Notes under the pieces: model-generated
Databases searched by the model: none
The model's input: only the letters and a program-made list of their open reading frames with translations
What the model was told of the DNA's origin: nothing
Position numbers and translations under genes: made by a program
Shown here: positions 27,863 through 38,698 of the stretch, piece after piece
Numbering within the stretch: the stretch's first letter is position 1
Layout of the letters: each line of letters opens with the position of its first letter
Assembly: GCA_029252195.1 (NCBI GenBank)
Contig: JAQXBV010000090.1
Location: forward strand, 10,815-74,814
Source: Yoonia sp.
GTDB lineage: Bacteria > Pseudomonadota > Alphaproteobacteria > Rhodobacterales > Rhodobacteraceae
Direction of reading: 5' to 3'
DNA length: 64,000 nt

Positions 27863-28449
27863 CCATGTAACTCCGCCGCTGGAATGATCGGGAAGAACGC
27901 CCCCTTGGACATCACGCCAAACCACGCAACGCCGTCAACATCGTGTTCTTCACCGACGTCAACCAATCGGTAAAACGACTTGCGGTCGATCAGCGCCACA
28001 AGGTTCGCGCGCACCAAGACATAGGGCGCGGGTTCGCCGGTTTCCGGATCGCGCACCACGCGGATCGGTGCCTCTGGCCCCGCATCAACAAAGTCCCCGA
28101 CATTTGTCTCGAACACCAGCGCGTCACCCTTGCGATTGAAATCCACCGCGACAAAGGGCGCATCATCCACCGTAATCCCGACCTTCTCGACAGGCGTTAC
28201 AAGAAAGTAATCGTCCCCATCGCGCCGCAGAATCGTTGAGAATAATTTGACCAATTCCAACCGCCCAATTGGCGTGCCGAGGTAAAACCACGTCCCGTCC
28301 CGCGCAATTCGCATATCCAGATCGCCGCAAAACGGCGGATTCCACAGATGAACGGGCGGCAAACCGCCTTTTTTCGCGGCGCGCGCCGACGCGGCAAGGC
28401 TTTCGGCACTTGGGGTCACGATCTTTTGTCCGGTCATTGTATTTCCCAT
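27859..28449 (-). CDS. DUF1285-family protein
   Basis: PPVHLWNPPFCGDLDMRIARDGTWFY...LVTPVEKVGITVDDAPF, recalled as the DUF1285 signature. Start may be at 28437. Confidence 0.85.
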   Translation of the reverse strand: MGNTMTGQKIVTPSAESLAASARAAKKGGLPPVHLWNPPFCGDLDMRIARDGTWFYLGTPIGRLELVKLFSTILRRDGDDYFLVTPVEKVGITVDDAPFVAVDFNRKGDALVFETNVGDFVDAGPEAPIRVVRDPETGEPAPYVLVRANLVALIDRKSFYRLVDVGEEHDVDGVAWFGVMSKGAFFPIIPAAELHG

Positions 28450-28506
28450 TGGGGTCAGTGCACTAATCTGTTGTTATAAGCATATCAGCGTAACAGGAGC
28501 ATTGTC

Positions 28507-29511
28507 ATGGTAAACCCCGATCAATTGGTCACCGATATTGAGAAACTTGGGACCAAATTGGCCAAAGCCCGAGAGAGTATCGGCAAACGGTTTATCGGGC
28601 AGCCCCGCGTTGTTGACCTGACGCTGACCGCGCTCATCTGCGGCGGCCATGCCGTATTGATCGGTTTGCCTGGTCTGGGGAAGACCCGCCTTGTCGATAC
28701 GCTCTCGACCGTGATGGGCCTCCATGGCAACCGGATCCAGTTCACGCCCGACCTGATGCCCGCCGACATCCTTGGCTCCGAAATCCTTGATACGGCCAAA
28801 GACGGATCGCGGGCGTTCCGCTTTGTTGAGGGGCCTGTGTTCTGTCAGTTGCTGATGGCCGACGAGATCAACCGCGCCAGCCCGCGCACTCAGTCCGCCC
28901 TTCTACAAGCCATGCAGGAAAAAGAAGTGACCATCGCGGGTGAACACCGCCCGCTTGGCATGCCTTTCCATGTGCTTGCCACCCAGAACCCGATTGAACA
29001 AGAGGGCACCTATCCGTTGCCCGAGGCGCAGCTAGACCGCTTCTTGGTGCAGATCGACGTGCCCTATCCAGACCGCGCAACCGAGCGCGACATCTTGATT
29101 GCGACAACAGGGACACAAGAAGAAGAGGCCACGCAAGTTTTCACCGCCGCAGAGCTTCTTGAGGCACAGACCATCCTGCGCCGTATGCCGGTGGGCGATC
29201 ATATTGTCGAAATGATCCTTGATCTGGTGCGCGCATGCCGCCCTGACGAAAGCGCCTCTGAGGCGGTGCGCAATGCCGTCAGCTGGGGACCCGGTCCGCG
29301 CGCGGCCCAAGCGCTCATGTTGACGGTCCGCGCGCAAGCCCTTCTTGACGGGCGTCTGGCACCTTCGGCCGAAGACGTCATGGCCATGGCCGTGCCCGTT
29401 CTCGAACACCGGATGGCGCTGTCGTTTGCGGCCCGCGCGCGCGGTGAAACCGTGACCGGCATCATTCAGGCAGTCGCAGCTCAGATCACATCGGTGAAGG
29501 CCGCCGCGTGA
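28507..29511 (+). CDS. moxR: MoxR-family AAA+ ATPase
   Basis: [40 protein letters not shown] and [22 protein letters not shown]. Confidence 0.95.
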   Translation: MVNPDQLVTDIEKLGTKLAKARESIGKRFIGQPRVVDLTLTALICGGHAVLIGLPGLGKTRLVDTLSTVMGLHGNRIQFTPDLMPADILGSEILDTAKDGSRAFRFVEGPVFCQLLMADEINRASPRTQSALLQAMQEKEVTIAGEHRPLGMPFHVLATQNPIEQEGTYPLPEAQLDRFLVQIDVPYPDRATERDILIATTGTQEEEATQVFTAAELLEAQTILRRMPVGDHIVEMILDLVRACRPDESASEAVRNAVSWGPGPRAAQALMLTVRAQALLDGRLAPSAEDVMAMAVPVLEHRMALSFAARARGETVTGIIQAVAAQITSVKAAA

Positions 29512-30380
29512 CCAGCCCACTCGATCTTCGCAGTCAGGCCGAAACCGCCGCCAGCCCGCTTCCTGCGCTTTTGGCAGGCGCAGAGCATCTGGCGACGACC
29601 GTCTTGCTGGGCGATCACGGGCGCAGGCGTGCCGGCATGGGCGATACGTTCTGGCAATACCGCAACGCACAAACGGGCGATGATTTGCGCAGCATCGACT
29701 GGCGACGGTCAGCGCGCGCAGACAGCAATTTCGTGGCCGACAAAGAATGGCAAATCGCCCAATCCGTAACCCTCTGGGTCGACCAATCGGCCTCCATGGC
29801 TTTCGGCTCTGACGCGAACTTGCCCAGTAAATCAAACCGCGCCCGCACCATTGCGCTGGCAACTGCGATCCTGCTGATCCGCGGCGGCGAGCGGGTCGGG
29901 CTGACGGGCGATCAACTCCCCCCCCGCCGCGGCGAGGCACAAATCAGCAAACTTGCGAATGTCCTCTCCCAAGACGAGACCACCGACTACGGCACCCCTG
30001 ACACCACAGGCATGCTCCCCCGTTCCCGCGCCCTCTTCGTCTCAGATTTCATGGGTCACATCGACGCGCTTGAGACGGCCCTCTTAAAGGCCGCCGACCT
30101 TGGCGTGCGCGGTGTGATGCTGCAAATCCTTGACCCGCAAGAAGAAACCTTCCCCTTCAACGGGCGCACCATTTTCCAATCGATGTCAGGCAGCCTGCAA
30201 CATGAAACCCTGCAAGCGGGCGAGCTGCGCAACCGCTACCTTGAGAGGCTGGCAGAGCGCAAAGACAGGCTCACCCATCTGGCACGCACCACGGGCTGGC
30301 AGTTCCACACCCATCACACCGACACGCCAGCCACCAGCGCCCTTTTGTGGCTCTACCAAGCGCTTACGAGGTCCATATGA
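29508..30380 (+). CDS. DUF58 domain protein (vWA-like MoxR partner)
   Basis: FWQYRNAQTGDDLRSIDWRRSAR, VDQSASM and VSDF; GTGA overlap with moxR. Confidence 0.92.
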   Translation: MTSPLDLRSQAETAASPLPALLAGAEHLATTVLLGDHGRRRAGMGDTFWQYRNAQTGDDLRSIDWRRSARADSNFVADKEWQIAQSVTLWVDQSASMAFGSDANLPSKSNRARTIALATAILLIRGGERVGLTGDQLPPRRGEAQISKLANVLSQDETTDYGTPDTTGMLPRSRALFVSDFMGHIDALETALLKAADLGVRGVMLQILDPQEETFPFNGRTIFQSMSGSLQHETLQAGELRNRYLERLAERKDRLTHLARTTGWQFHTHHTDTPATSALLWLYQALTRSI

Positions 30381-30385
30381 CCACC

Positions 30386-30433
30386 CTTCTTTTGGCCCAA
30401 AATACCTGCGCGTCTGGTGCCGCGCCCCAGCGG
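30386..30433 (+). repeat. Repeat family B, copy inside the moxR operon
   Basis: CTTCTTTTGGCCCAAAATACC core followed by a GC-rich tail. Confidence 0.65.
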
Positions 30434-30458
30434 TCCGCGACAAAGGATACCCTCTGAT

Positions 30459-33215
30459 ATGTGGATGATCGGCCCCATTGGTTTCAGCGCGCCTTTACTG
30501 CTCCTCGGCCTGAGTGTGCTACCTATTCTCTGGCTTCTGCTGCGGGCCGTGCCCCCCGCGCCCGTGAAACGGCGGTTTCCAGGGGTGGCCTTGCTCTTGG
30601 GTCTGACAGACGCAGAAAGCCAAGCTGATAAAACCCCGTGGTGGCTTCTGCTCCTGCGGCTCTTGGCGGTTGCAGCACTCATTTTGGGTTTTGCTGGGCC
30701 TGTTCTCAATCCGACCGAAAGCAAGGGCGGAGCGGGCGATTTGGTCATTGCGTTGGACGGATCATGGGCGGGGGCGCCGAGCTGGAGGGCACAGATGGAC
30801 CGCGTCGACACGCTCTTGACGGAGGCGGCAGCAAACGACCGCCGCGTGGCGATCATCAACCTCTCGGCCTTGCCCGTTGGCGGGTTGCCCTTCGCTTCGC
30901 CCAATGAGTGGCAGAACAAACTGGCCAATGTGCAGCCTCAACCGTGGCAGCCTAGCGCAGATACGAGCGCATGGATCGCAACCCTATCGGGCCGGTTCGA
31001 GACCTATTGGATGTCCGACGGGATCGACTGGGACGGGCGGGATGCGCTGCTTGCGGCGTTCGAAACCCATGGCGCTGTGCGCATTTTCCAATCGCCGCGA
31101 TCGACATTCGGGCTGCGCCCTGCGCGCTTTGAGGACGGCGAAATCATCGTCTCTGCAGTCCGCACGCCGATCGGCGCGGCGGCAACCGTGCCCGTTACCG
31201 CCGTCGGGCTGGACCCGTCTGATGTCGAGCGGCAATTGCAGACCATCGACCTCGCGTTCAATGCGGGCGAGGCCGTGGCCGAGACCGCCCTCGTTTTGCC
31301 CTCCGAACTGCGCAACCGCGTGACACGTTTCGAAATCACCGGCCAGCGATCTGCCGCCGCCGTCAGCCTGACCGACGACGCACTCAAGCGGCGCGAAGTG
31401 GCGCTCATTGCAGGATCGGACAACCGCGAGGGGCTGAACCTGCTGTCGCCGCTGCACTACCTGCGCGAGGCCTTGGCCCCCACGGCCGACCTCATCGATG
31501 GCACGCTCGAAGACATCTTATTGGCCAATCCAGACGTGATTGTGCTGGCCGACGTGGCAGGGGTCACATCGCTTGAAAACAACGGTCTGATCAAATGGGT
31601 CAATGACGGCGGGCTACTTTTGCGCTTTGCAGGGCCACAGCTAGCGACCTCTGATATTGGCCGCGCCTCTGAGGACCCACTCTTGCCTGTGCGCTTGCGG
31701 GCGGGTGGGCGCAGCGTTGGTGGTGCCATGAGCTGGGGCGAGCCCAAGGCGCTGGCCCCCTTTGCTGAAGATTCTCCCTTCTTTGGTCTGCCCGTGCCAG
31801 AGGATGTGACCGTCACCAGCCAAGTGATGGCGCAGCCCGACCCGACGCTGGCAAGCCGTGTGATTGCGCAACTGGCCGACGGCACACCGCTGGTCACCCG
31901 CAAAAGCCTCGGACAGGGGCAAGTTGTCTTGGTCCATGTGACCGCAAATGCGGAATGGACGACGCTGCCGCTCTCGGGGCTTTTCGTGCAAATGCTCGAA
32001 CGGCTCGCGGTTTCGACACGCCCCGCCCTCTCTGACGCGACAATTTTGGAGGGGTACACGTGGTTGCCGCGCGATATGCTGGACGGCTTTGGCGACTTGC
32101 AAGATGCAAGTGCCTTGGCGGGTGTCGACGGCGCCGTGCTTGCGGGTGGACAGGCGGGTCCAAACCTGCGTCCCGGCCTCTATGCGGGGCCAGACCAGCA
32201 AATCGCGATCAATGTGATCGACCAGGACACCACGCTCTCGGTTGCCGCTTGGCCCGCGCGCATCCCCGTAGAGGGCTTGGGCACAGCGCAGGAAACGGCG
32301 CTTAAAGGCTGGCTTCTGGCGGGTGCGATGGCGCTTTTGCTGATCGATATTCTCGCCTCGCTCGCGATTGGCGGGCGGCTGCGCGGACCGCAGGCAGATG
32401 CGGTGGCGCTCTTGCTTGCGGCCATGCTTATCGCGCCGGATGCACAGGCCCAAACCAATGATAAAACCGCCATTGCGGCCGCAGCCAATGTCGTGCTCGC
32501 CCATGTGCTGACGGGTGACAAAGAGACCGACGATATCGCCGCCGCAGGGCTTTTGGGGATATCGCGGACGCTCTTTCAGCGAACGTCGATTGAACCCGCA
32601 AAGCCCATGAGCGTTGACCTCGAAACAGACGAACTGACGTTCTTTCCATTCCTCTATTGGCCCATTACCACGGATCAACCGCTGCCAAGCGCAGCCGCCT
32701 ATAGCAAGCTGAACCGTTATTTGCACACCGGCGGGATGATCCTGTTTGATACGCGCGACGCCGATCAGGCAAGCTTCGGCTCTGGCAGCCCCGAGGGGCG
32801 CAAGTTGCAGGCCATCGCGCGCGGGCTCGACATTCCCGCACTTGAGCCGATCCCCAGCGACCATGTGCTGACGCGGACCTTCTATCTGCTGCAGGATTTC
32901 CCGGGGCGCTACAACAGCCGCGATATCTGGGTTGAAGCCGCGCCGTTCAACGCCGAACTGGCCGAGGGCATGCCGTTCCGCAATCTCAACGACGGGGTCA
33001 CACCTGTCGTGATCGGCGGCAACGACTGGGCGCGGGCTTGGGCCATTGATGCCAACGGGAACCGCATGTTCCCCGTCGGGCGCGGCACTGCAGGCGAGCG
33101 GCAGCGCGAATTTGCCCTGCGTTTTGGCGTGAACCTGATCATGTATGTGCTGACAGGCAATTATAAATCGGATCAGGTGCATGTGCCTGCGCTGCTCGAC
33201 CGTTTGGGACAATAG
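30459..33215 (+). CDS. BatA-domain / DUF4159 membrane protein
   Basis: N-terminal BatA motif (PWWLLLLRLLA), degenerate vWA (ALDGSWA), GATase-like middle region, C-terminal FFPFLYWP...GGMILFD...FGVNLIMYVLTGNYKSDQVH. Confidence 0.88.
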   Translation: MWMIGPIGFSAPLLLLGLSVLPILWLLLRAVPPAPVKRRFPGVALLLGLTDAESQADKTPWWLLLLRLLAVAALILGFAGPVLNPTESKGGAGDLVIALDGSWAGAPSWRAQMDRVDTLLTEAAANDRRVAIINLSALPVGGLPFASPNEWQNKLANVQPQPWQPSADTSAWIATLSGRFETYWMSDGIDWDGRDALLAAFETHGAVRIFQSPRSTFGLRPARFEDGEIIVSAVRTPIGAAATVPVTAVGLDPSDVERQLQTIDLAFNAGEAVAETALVLPSELRNRVTRFEITGQRSAAAVSLTDDALKRREVALIAGSDNREGLNLLSPLHYLREALAPTADLIDGTLEDILLANPDVIVLADVAGVTSLENNGLIKWVNDGGLLLRFAGPQLATSDIGRASEDPLLPVRLRAGGRSVGGAMSWGEPKALAPFAEDSPFFGLPVPEDVTVTSQVMAQPDPTLASRVIAQLADGTPLVTRKSLGQGQVVLVHVTANAEWTTLPLSGLFVQMLERLAVSTRPALSDATILEGYTWLPRDMLDGFGDLQDASALAGVDGAVLAGGQAGPNLRPGLYAGPDQQIAINVIDQDTTLSVAAWPARIPVEGLGTAQETALKGWLLAGAMALLLIDILASLAIGGRLRGPQADAVALLLAAMLIAPDAQAQTNDKTAIAAAANVVLAHVLTGDKETDDIAAAGLLGISRTLFQRTSIEPAKPMSVDLETDELTFFPFLYWPITTDQPLPSAAAYSKLNRYLHTGGMILFDTRDADQASFGSGSPEGRKLQAIARGLDIPALEPIPSDHVLTRTFYLLQDFPGRYNSRDIWVEAAPFNAELAEGMPFRNLNDGVTPVVIGGNDWARAWAIDANGNRMFPVGRGTAGERQREFALRFGVNLIMYVLTGNYKSDQVHVPALLDRLGQ

Positions 33216-33217
33216 CT

Positions 33218-35293
33218 ATGACCGAAACTCTGATCCTTGATCCGCTTGTCCCGCTCTTTGCGCTTTATGCGCTGGCAGGCTTGTCTGTGGCCTTTGTCGG
33301 GCTGGCTATCTGGCGCAGGTTGAGCGGCTGGTGGGTGCGTGCGCTTGCGGGGATCGCGATTTTGGCAGCCATCGCAAACCCTTCGGTGCAGCGCGAAGAG
33401 CGTGCACCGCTCAGCGATATCGTCATCGCGCTTGTCGATGAAACCGCCAGCCAGCAGGTCAGCGACCGCCCCGACCAAACCGCCGCAGCCCTTGAGAACC
33501 TCGCGTCCGAAGTGGCCGCACTGGCCAATACCGAACTGCGGGTCGTGTCCCTGAGGGACGCGGACGACGACGGTGGCACCCAATTGATGTCGGCCCTCGC
33601 GGAGGCCCTGGCAGAAGAGCCACAAGCGCGCATCGCGGGGATCGTGGCCATCACAGACGGGCGCGTGCATGATGCCGACCGCCTGCCCGCACTGCCTGCG
33701 CCGCTGCACACATTGTTGACAGGCCGCGCGACAGATTGGGATCGCAGGCTGGTTGTTTCCAATGCCCCCGCTTTTGCGATCTTGGGTGAAACTGTGACAC
33801 TAACCCTGCGCGTTGAGGACCAAGGTGCCGCGCCAGAGCCGGATGCAATCGTCCCTTTGTCTATTGCGGTGGACGGGAATGCACCGCTGGTATTTCAGAT
33901 CCCGACTGGCCAAGATATCGAATTGCCGCTGGATTTGCCACATGGCGGTATGAATATCGTGCAATTCACGACGCCCGCCATAGAGGGCGAACTGACCGAC
34001 CGCAACAACAGCGCTGTGGTGCAGATCAACGGGGTGCGCGACCGTTTGCGTGTGCTTTTGGTCTCGGGCGAACCACATGCGGGCGAGCGGACTTGGCGGA
34101 ACCTTTTGAAATCAGACGCGGCAGTAGATCTCGTGCATTTCACCATTCTGCGCCCGCCAGAAAAGCAAGACGGCGTGCCTGTGGATGAGCTGTCTTTGAT
34201 CGCCTTTCCGACGCGCGAGCTGTTTCTGGAAAAGATCACCGACTTTGATCTGATCGTCTTTGACCGCTACCGCAGGCGCGGGATTTTGCCGGCCGAATAT
34301 CTGGATAACATCCGGAATTACGTGGTCGAGGGCGGCGCAGTGCTGATCTCGTCCGGACCGGAGTACGGTGCGGCAGAGAGCATCTATCGCTCGCCGCTGG
34401 GGGTCATTCTTCCAGGTGCACCCACGGCCCGCGTGTTTGAAGAAGGCTTCACGCCGCAAGTGACCGATATCGGCGACAGACACCCGGTGACCGCAGGGCT
34501 GGAGGCCGCATGGCCGAACGCCGACGCGAGCGGGCCAGGGTGGGGGCGCTGGTTCCGCTTGGTTGATGTGCTGGTACCTGAGACCGCGACGACAGTCATG
34601 TCGGGGCTGGATGACAGGCCCCTGCTCACACTGGACCGCGTCGGTGAGGGCCGCGTCGCGTTGATCGCCTCTGATCAGTCATGGCTTTGGGATCGGGGCT
34701 TTGAGGGGGGCGGGCCACAATTAGAGCTGCTGCGCCGCTTGGCCCATTGGATGATGAAAGAGCCCGAACTTGAAGAAGAGGCGCTTTGGGCCGAGGCAAC
34801 GGGGCAATCCATACGCATCATCAGACGCAGCCTGAACCCCGAAATTGGCGATGTCACCGTTGTGCAGCCGGACGGGACAGAGACGGTTTTGACGCTTGAT
34901 GAGGTCTCGCCGGGTCGGTTTGAGACACTTTGGAACGCGCCGGAACTGGGGCTGTACCGATTGCGCGATGGCACGATTGAGGCAGTCACAGCGCTTGGGC
35001 CCGCAGCCCCGCGCGAGTTTGAACGGACTATCGCAACGCAGGAGATCATGGCACCGATTGTCGCCACGACACGCGGTGGCGTTGCACCGATAGAAGATGG
35101 CAAGATCACGATCAGATCAATCCGCGAAGGCAGACCTGCCGCTGGGCGTGGCTGGATCGGGATCACGCCACGCGGCGCATTCCAGACCGCAGATATCCAG
35201 ATTACACCGCTCTTGCCTGCTTGGGCGTTCTTGCTGATCGCTGGGCTTTTGACAATTGGTGCATGGCTACGCGAAGGCCGGAAGATGGGTTAA
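33218..35293 (+). CDS. Membrane protein with vWA-like and class I glutamine-amidotransferase-like domains
   Basis: ALVDETAS and AITDG (vWA-like); LRVLLVSGEPHAGERTWRNLLKSD...LIAFPTRELF; TM helices at both ends. Confidence 0.8.
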   Translation: MTETLILDPLVPLFALYALAGLSVAFVGLAIWRRLSGWWVRALAGIAILAAIANPSVQREERAPLSDIVIALVDETASQQVSDRPDQTAAALENLASEVAALANTELRVVSLRDADDDGGTQLMSALAEALAEEPQARIAGIVAITDGRVHDADRLPALPAPLHTLLTGRATDWDRRLVVSNAPAFAILGETVTLTLRVEDQGAAPEPDAIVPLSIAVDGNAPLVFQIPTGQDIELPLDLPHGGMNIVQFTTPAIEGELTDRNNSAVVQINGVRDRLRVLLVSGEPHAGERTWRNLLKSDAAVDLVHFTILRPPEKQDGVPVDELSLIAFPTRELFLEKITDFDLIVFDRYRRRGILPAEYLDNIRNYVVEGGAVLISSGPEYGAAESIYRSPLGVILPGAPTARVFEEGFTPQVTDIGDRHPVTAGLEAAWPNADASGPGWGRWFRLVDVLVPETATTVMSGLDDRPLLTLDRVGEGRVALIASDQSWLWDRGFEGGGPQLELLRRLAHWMMKEPELEEEALWAEATGQSIRIIRRSLNPEIGDVTVVQPDGTETVLTLDEVSPGRFETLWNAPELGLYRLRDGTIEAVTALGPAAPREFERTIATQEIMAPIVATTRGGVAPIEDGKITIRSIREGRPAAGRGWIGITPRGAFQTADIQITPLLPAWAFLLIAGLLTIGAWLREGRKMG

Positions 35294-35305
35294 AACCCAT
35301 CCTAC
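35284..35305 (-). repeat. GTAG-type REP, copy 3
   Basis: Exact 22-mer; encodes the last codons and stop (ATG GGT TAA) of the preceding gene. Confidence 0.85.
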
Positions 35306-35339
35306 TTAGGTGTGGCAGGAAACATCTATTGCGCCAGTG

Positions 35340-36038
35340 TCATTTGCCCCCATTGAGCAAAATGTCACGCGGCATGGAGGCAAATTCACGCGACCACACC
35401 ACCCAGATCACGACACCGGTCGCCACGACCAGCGGGACCGGCCCAAAGAGCCAAGAAAGCGCACCCAGCGCGAAATACATCGACCGCAGTCCACGGTTGA
35501 AGTTCATGGCCGCACGAATGTTCAGCGACGCCGCTTGGCTCGAGAGCGGCTTGCATTGCGGATCGTTTGGATCGTTCGGGACAGCAGCCATCAAAACTGC
35601 ACAATAGCCAAAGACACGGTTCGACCAGACAAATTTCAGAAATGCATTCGTGAGAAACAAGGCAACAAAGGCAAGCTTCAGCTGGATCAGCAATGCTGGC
35701 GACATGTCTGCAAGCACCTCGAATGTCACGCCCTCCAAGGGCTCTGTGTTCTTGGCCAAAGCCAACACGCCCCCGATTGCAAAAACGCATGTCGACGCGA
35801 AAAACGAGGTACCTTCGCGCAGGCTTGCCAGAATTTGGCTATCAAAAATGCGCGGATCACGGCGCACAAAGACCTCCATCCAATCCCGCCTACGCTGCGA
35901 CATCAGAACTGTCACGGAAGGCCGCGATTTGGGTGGGTTTTCAATCAGCAAGCCAAGCCCGAACCATGCAGCAATCATGAAGACTGCGGCGCTGATGTCG
36001 TAGATCGACAAGAGTGCGAAGTGATATGTCAGTGTCAT
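35340..36038 (-). CDS. DUF599-family membrane protein
   Basis: RRDWM...RDPRIFDSQILASLREGTSFFAST...FNRGLRSMYF. Confidence 0.85.
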   Translation of the reverse strand: MTLTYHFALLSIYDISAAVFMIAAWFGLGLLIENPPKSRPSVTVLMSQRRRDWMEVFVRRDPRIFDSQILASLREGTSFFASTCVFAIGGVLALAKNTEPLEGVTFEVLADMSPALLIQLKLAFVALFLTNAFLKFVWSNRVFGYCAVLMAAVPNDPNDPQCKPLSSQAASLNIRAAMNFNRGLRSMYFALGALSWLFGPVPLVVATGVVIWVVWSREFASMPRDILLNGGK

Positions 36039-36081
36039 ACCCCAAACTACCGCGTTCAAATCAAACTTGCCATCTGCAAAA

Positions 36082-36104
36082 ATTGGTAATATTAACTTAC
36101 CAAT
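36082..36104. promoter_or_regulatory. Palindromic operator upstream of glcD (FadR/GlcC-type)
   Basis: ATTGGTAA-TATTAAC-TTACCAAT, a perfect 8-bp inverted repeat. Confidence 0.65.
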
Positions 36105-36123
36105 AATCAAAGGGAGAGTCGCC

Positions 36124-37557
36124 ATGGAAATGCCTGTACCAGATGCTGCAGTGATTGCGCGAAAGGACAGGCTTGTCGCGCGCCTGCGCGAAGTGTTGCC
36201 AATGGACGCCGTGATTTCCGATATCTCCGAGACGCGGGCCTATGAATGCGACGGTCTGACAGCTTACCGCTGCCCGCCACTGTGCGCCGTTTTACCCGCA
36301 AACACAGCGGAGGTCGCCGCCATCCTCAAGATCTGTCATGAATTGAACGTGCCCGTTGTGCCGCGCGGCTCTGGCACCTCTCTCGCGGGGGGGGCCTTGC
36401 CCACAGCAGATAGCGTCATTATCGGGGTCGCGAAAATGAACGGCGTGATCGAAACCAATTACGACGACCGCTACATTCGCGTGCAAACGGGGCGAACAAA
36501 TTTGTCGGTCACGGGCGCGGTTGAAACCAATGGCTTCTTTTACGCTCCCGATCCGTCAAGCCAATTGGCTTGTGCGATTGCAGGCAATATCGCGATGAAT
36601 TCCGGCGGGGCGCATTGCTTGAAATACGGGGTGACGACCAACAATTTGTTAGGGGTCACGATGGTCATGATGGACGGGACCATCATCGAGATCGGGGGCG
36701 CGCATTTGGATGCTGGTGGCCTTGATCTGCTTGGTGTTATTTGTGGCTCCGAGGGGCAGCTTGGCGTTGTGACAGAGGCAACTTTGCGGATTCTGCACAA
36801 ACCCGAAGGCGCGCGGCCCGTGCTGATGGGCTATGACAACTCCGAGGTCGCGGGGCAAGTTGTGACCGATATTATCAAGGCCGGCGTTTTGCCTGTTGCG
36901 ATCGAATTTATGGACCGGCCCTGCATTGAAGCGACCGAGAAATTCGCGCAGGCGGGCTATCCTATGTGCGAAGCGCTTTTGATTGTAGAAGTCGAAGGGT
37001 CCGACGCGGAGATTGACGCACAACTCGCACTGATCATGGAAATCGCGCGCAAGCACAATCCGGTCGAATTACGCGAAGCGAAATCAGCGGATGAAGCCGC
37101 GCGCATTTGGCTTGGCAGGAAATCAGCCTTTGGGGCGATGGGCCAGATCAATGATTACATGTGTCTGGACGGGACAATCCCTGTCTCGGCTCTGCCCTTT
37201 GTTCTGAAACGGATCGGAGAAATGTCAAAGGAATTTGGCCTCGACGTCGGAAACGTTTTTCACGCAGGCGACGGAAACATGCACCCGCTTATTCTGTTCG
37301 ACGCAAATAAAGAGGGTGACTTGGAACTCTGCGAGGCGATGGGCGCTGAAATCCTCAAGCTTTGTGTCGAAGTCGGCGGATGTTTGACGGGCGAACATGG
37401 CGTTGGCATCGAAAAGCGCGACCTGATGCACGTCCAATTCGCGACCGCTGATCTCGAAGCGCAAATGGCGGTGAAGGATGTGTTTGATCCGAAATGGCTA
37501 TTGAACCCCGCTAAGGTCTTCCCGCTCGACTCCTCATCTCCCCGCCGCGCGGCCTGA
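36124..37557 (+). CDS. glcD: Glycolate oxidase FAD-linked subunit D
   Basis: PRGSGTSLAGG, FYAPDPSSQLAC, GGAHCLKYGVT, HAGDGNMHP and TGEHGVG. Confidence 0.95.
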   Translation: MEMPVPDAAVIARKDRLVARLREVLPMDAVISDISETRAYECDGLTAYRCPPLCAVLPANTAEVAAILKICHELNVPVVPRGSGTSLAGGALPTADSVIIGVAKMNGVIETNYDDRYIRVQTGRTNLSVTGAVETNGFFYAPDPSSQLACAIAGNIAMNSGGAHCLKYGVTTNNLLGVTMVMMDGTIIEIGGAHLDAGGLDLLGVICGSEGQLGVVTEATLRILHKPEGARPVLMGYDNSEVAGQVVTDIIKAGVLPVAIEFMDRPCIEATEKFAQAGYPMCEALLIVEVEGSDAEIDAQLALIMEIARKHNPVELREAKSADEAARIWLGRKSAFGAMGQINDYMCLDGTIPVSALPFVLKRIGEMSKEFGLDVGNVFHAGDGNMHPLILFDANKEGDLELCEAMGAEILKLCVEVGGCLTGEHGVGIEKRDLMHVQFATADLEAQMAVKDVFDPKWLLNPAKVFPLDSSSPRRAA

Positions 37558-37615
37558 CCAATTTTCGTCGAAAATTGGAAACTACGGCACAAGTCCTTTT
37601 ATCAGAAGAAATGAC

Positions 37616-38698
37616 ATGACACCCAAAACAGAAACCGACCTCGCCCAAATGATCACTGACGCAAGCGGTCCGCTGCGTATCACTGGGGGAGGCACACGGC
37701 CTATTGGGCGCGTCATCGGCACCCCGCTTGATCTTTCAGCGCTGTCAGGGGTCACCCTCTATGAGCCGGGCGCATTGACGCTTGTGGCGCAGGCCGGCAC
37801 CCCAGTGGCCGAAATCGAAACCTTGCTGGCCGCCGAAAACCAGCGCCTCGCGTTTGAACCGATGGATCACCGGGCCTTGCTTGGCACAACGGGGACACCC
37901 ACGATCGGCGGCATCGTCGCCGCCAATGTTTCTGGTCCCCGCCGCATCTCCGTCGGTGCGGCGCGCGATTTCATGCTTGGTGTGCGTTTCGTTGATGGCT
38001 CAGGGACCGTCATCAAAAACGGCGGCCGTGTTATGAAGAACGTGACAGGGTACGATCTGGTCAAGCTAATGTCTGGCTCCTATGGCACGCTTGGGGTTCT
38101 GACCGAGGTCTCGCTCAAGGTCTTGCCAGCCGTCGAAACGAGCCTGACACTGACCCTCAAAAACCTCGACGATTCCACCGCAATCAAGGCGATGTCGGCA
38201 GCACTCTGCTCTCCATTTGAAGTCACGGGTGTCGCCCATACCCCAAGCACGGCAACGACCCATTTCCGGCTCGAAGGATTCGCGGTGTCTGTCGCTTACC
38301 GCGCAGACGAGCTCTCCAAAAAACTTGCACCCTTTGGCCGCACAACAGAGGCACAAACCGACTGGGCGGCGATCCGCGATGTCCACGCCTTCGCCAAACA
38401 GGAAGGTGATGTCTGGCGCATTTCCGTCAAACCATCCGATGCGGCGGCACTGGTTGCAAAGCTGGGCGCAGTGTCCGTGCAATACGATTGGGGAGGCGGC
38501 CTGATTTGGGCACTGTGCCCCGAAGGCCATGATCTACGCGCTGCCATGGGCCATACAGCGGGCCATGCAACATTGATCCGCGGGAAGGGCTGCGGGCCGA
38601 CCTTCCACCCCGAACCAGCCCCGATCGCTGCAATCACCGCCGGTTTGCGCGCGAAATTCGATCCACGCAACATTCTCAATCCGGGGATCATGTCCTGA
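37616..38698 (+). CDS. glcE: Glycolate oxidase FAD-binding subunit E
   Basis: YEPGALT, GPRRISVGAARD, GGRVMKNVTGYDL and KFDPRNILNPG. Confidence 0.95.
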   Translation: MTPKTETDLAQMITDASGPLRITGGGTRPIGRVIGTPLDLSALSGVTLYEPGALTLVAQAGTPVAEIETLLAAENQRLAFEPMDHRALLGTTGTPTIGGIVAANVSGPRRISVGAARDFMLGVRFVDGSGTVIKNGGRVMKNVTGYDLVKLMSGSYGTLGVLTEVSLKVLPAVETSLTLTLKNLDDSTAIKAMSAALCSPFEVTGVAHTPSTATTHFRLEGFAVSVAYRADELSKKLAPFGRTTEAQTDWAAIRDVHAFAKQEGDVWRISVKPSDAAALVAKLGAVSVQYDWGGGLIWALCPEGHDLRAAMGHTAGHATLIRGKGCGPTFHPEPAPIAAITAGLRAKFDPRNILNPGIMS

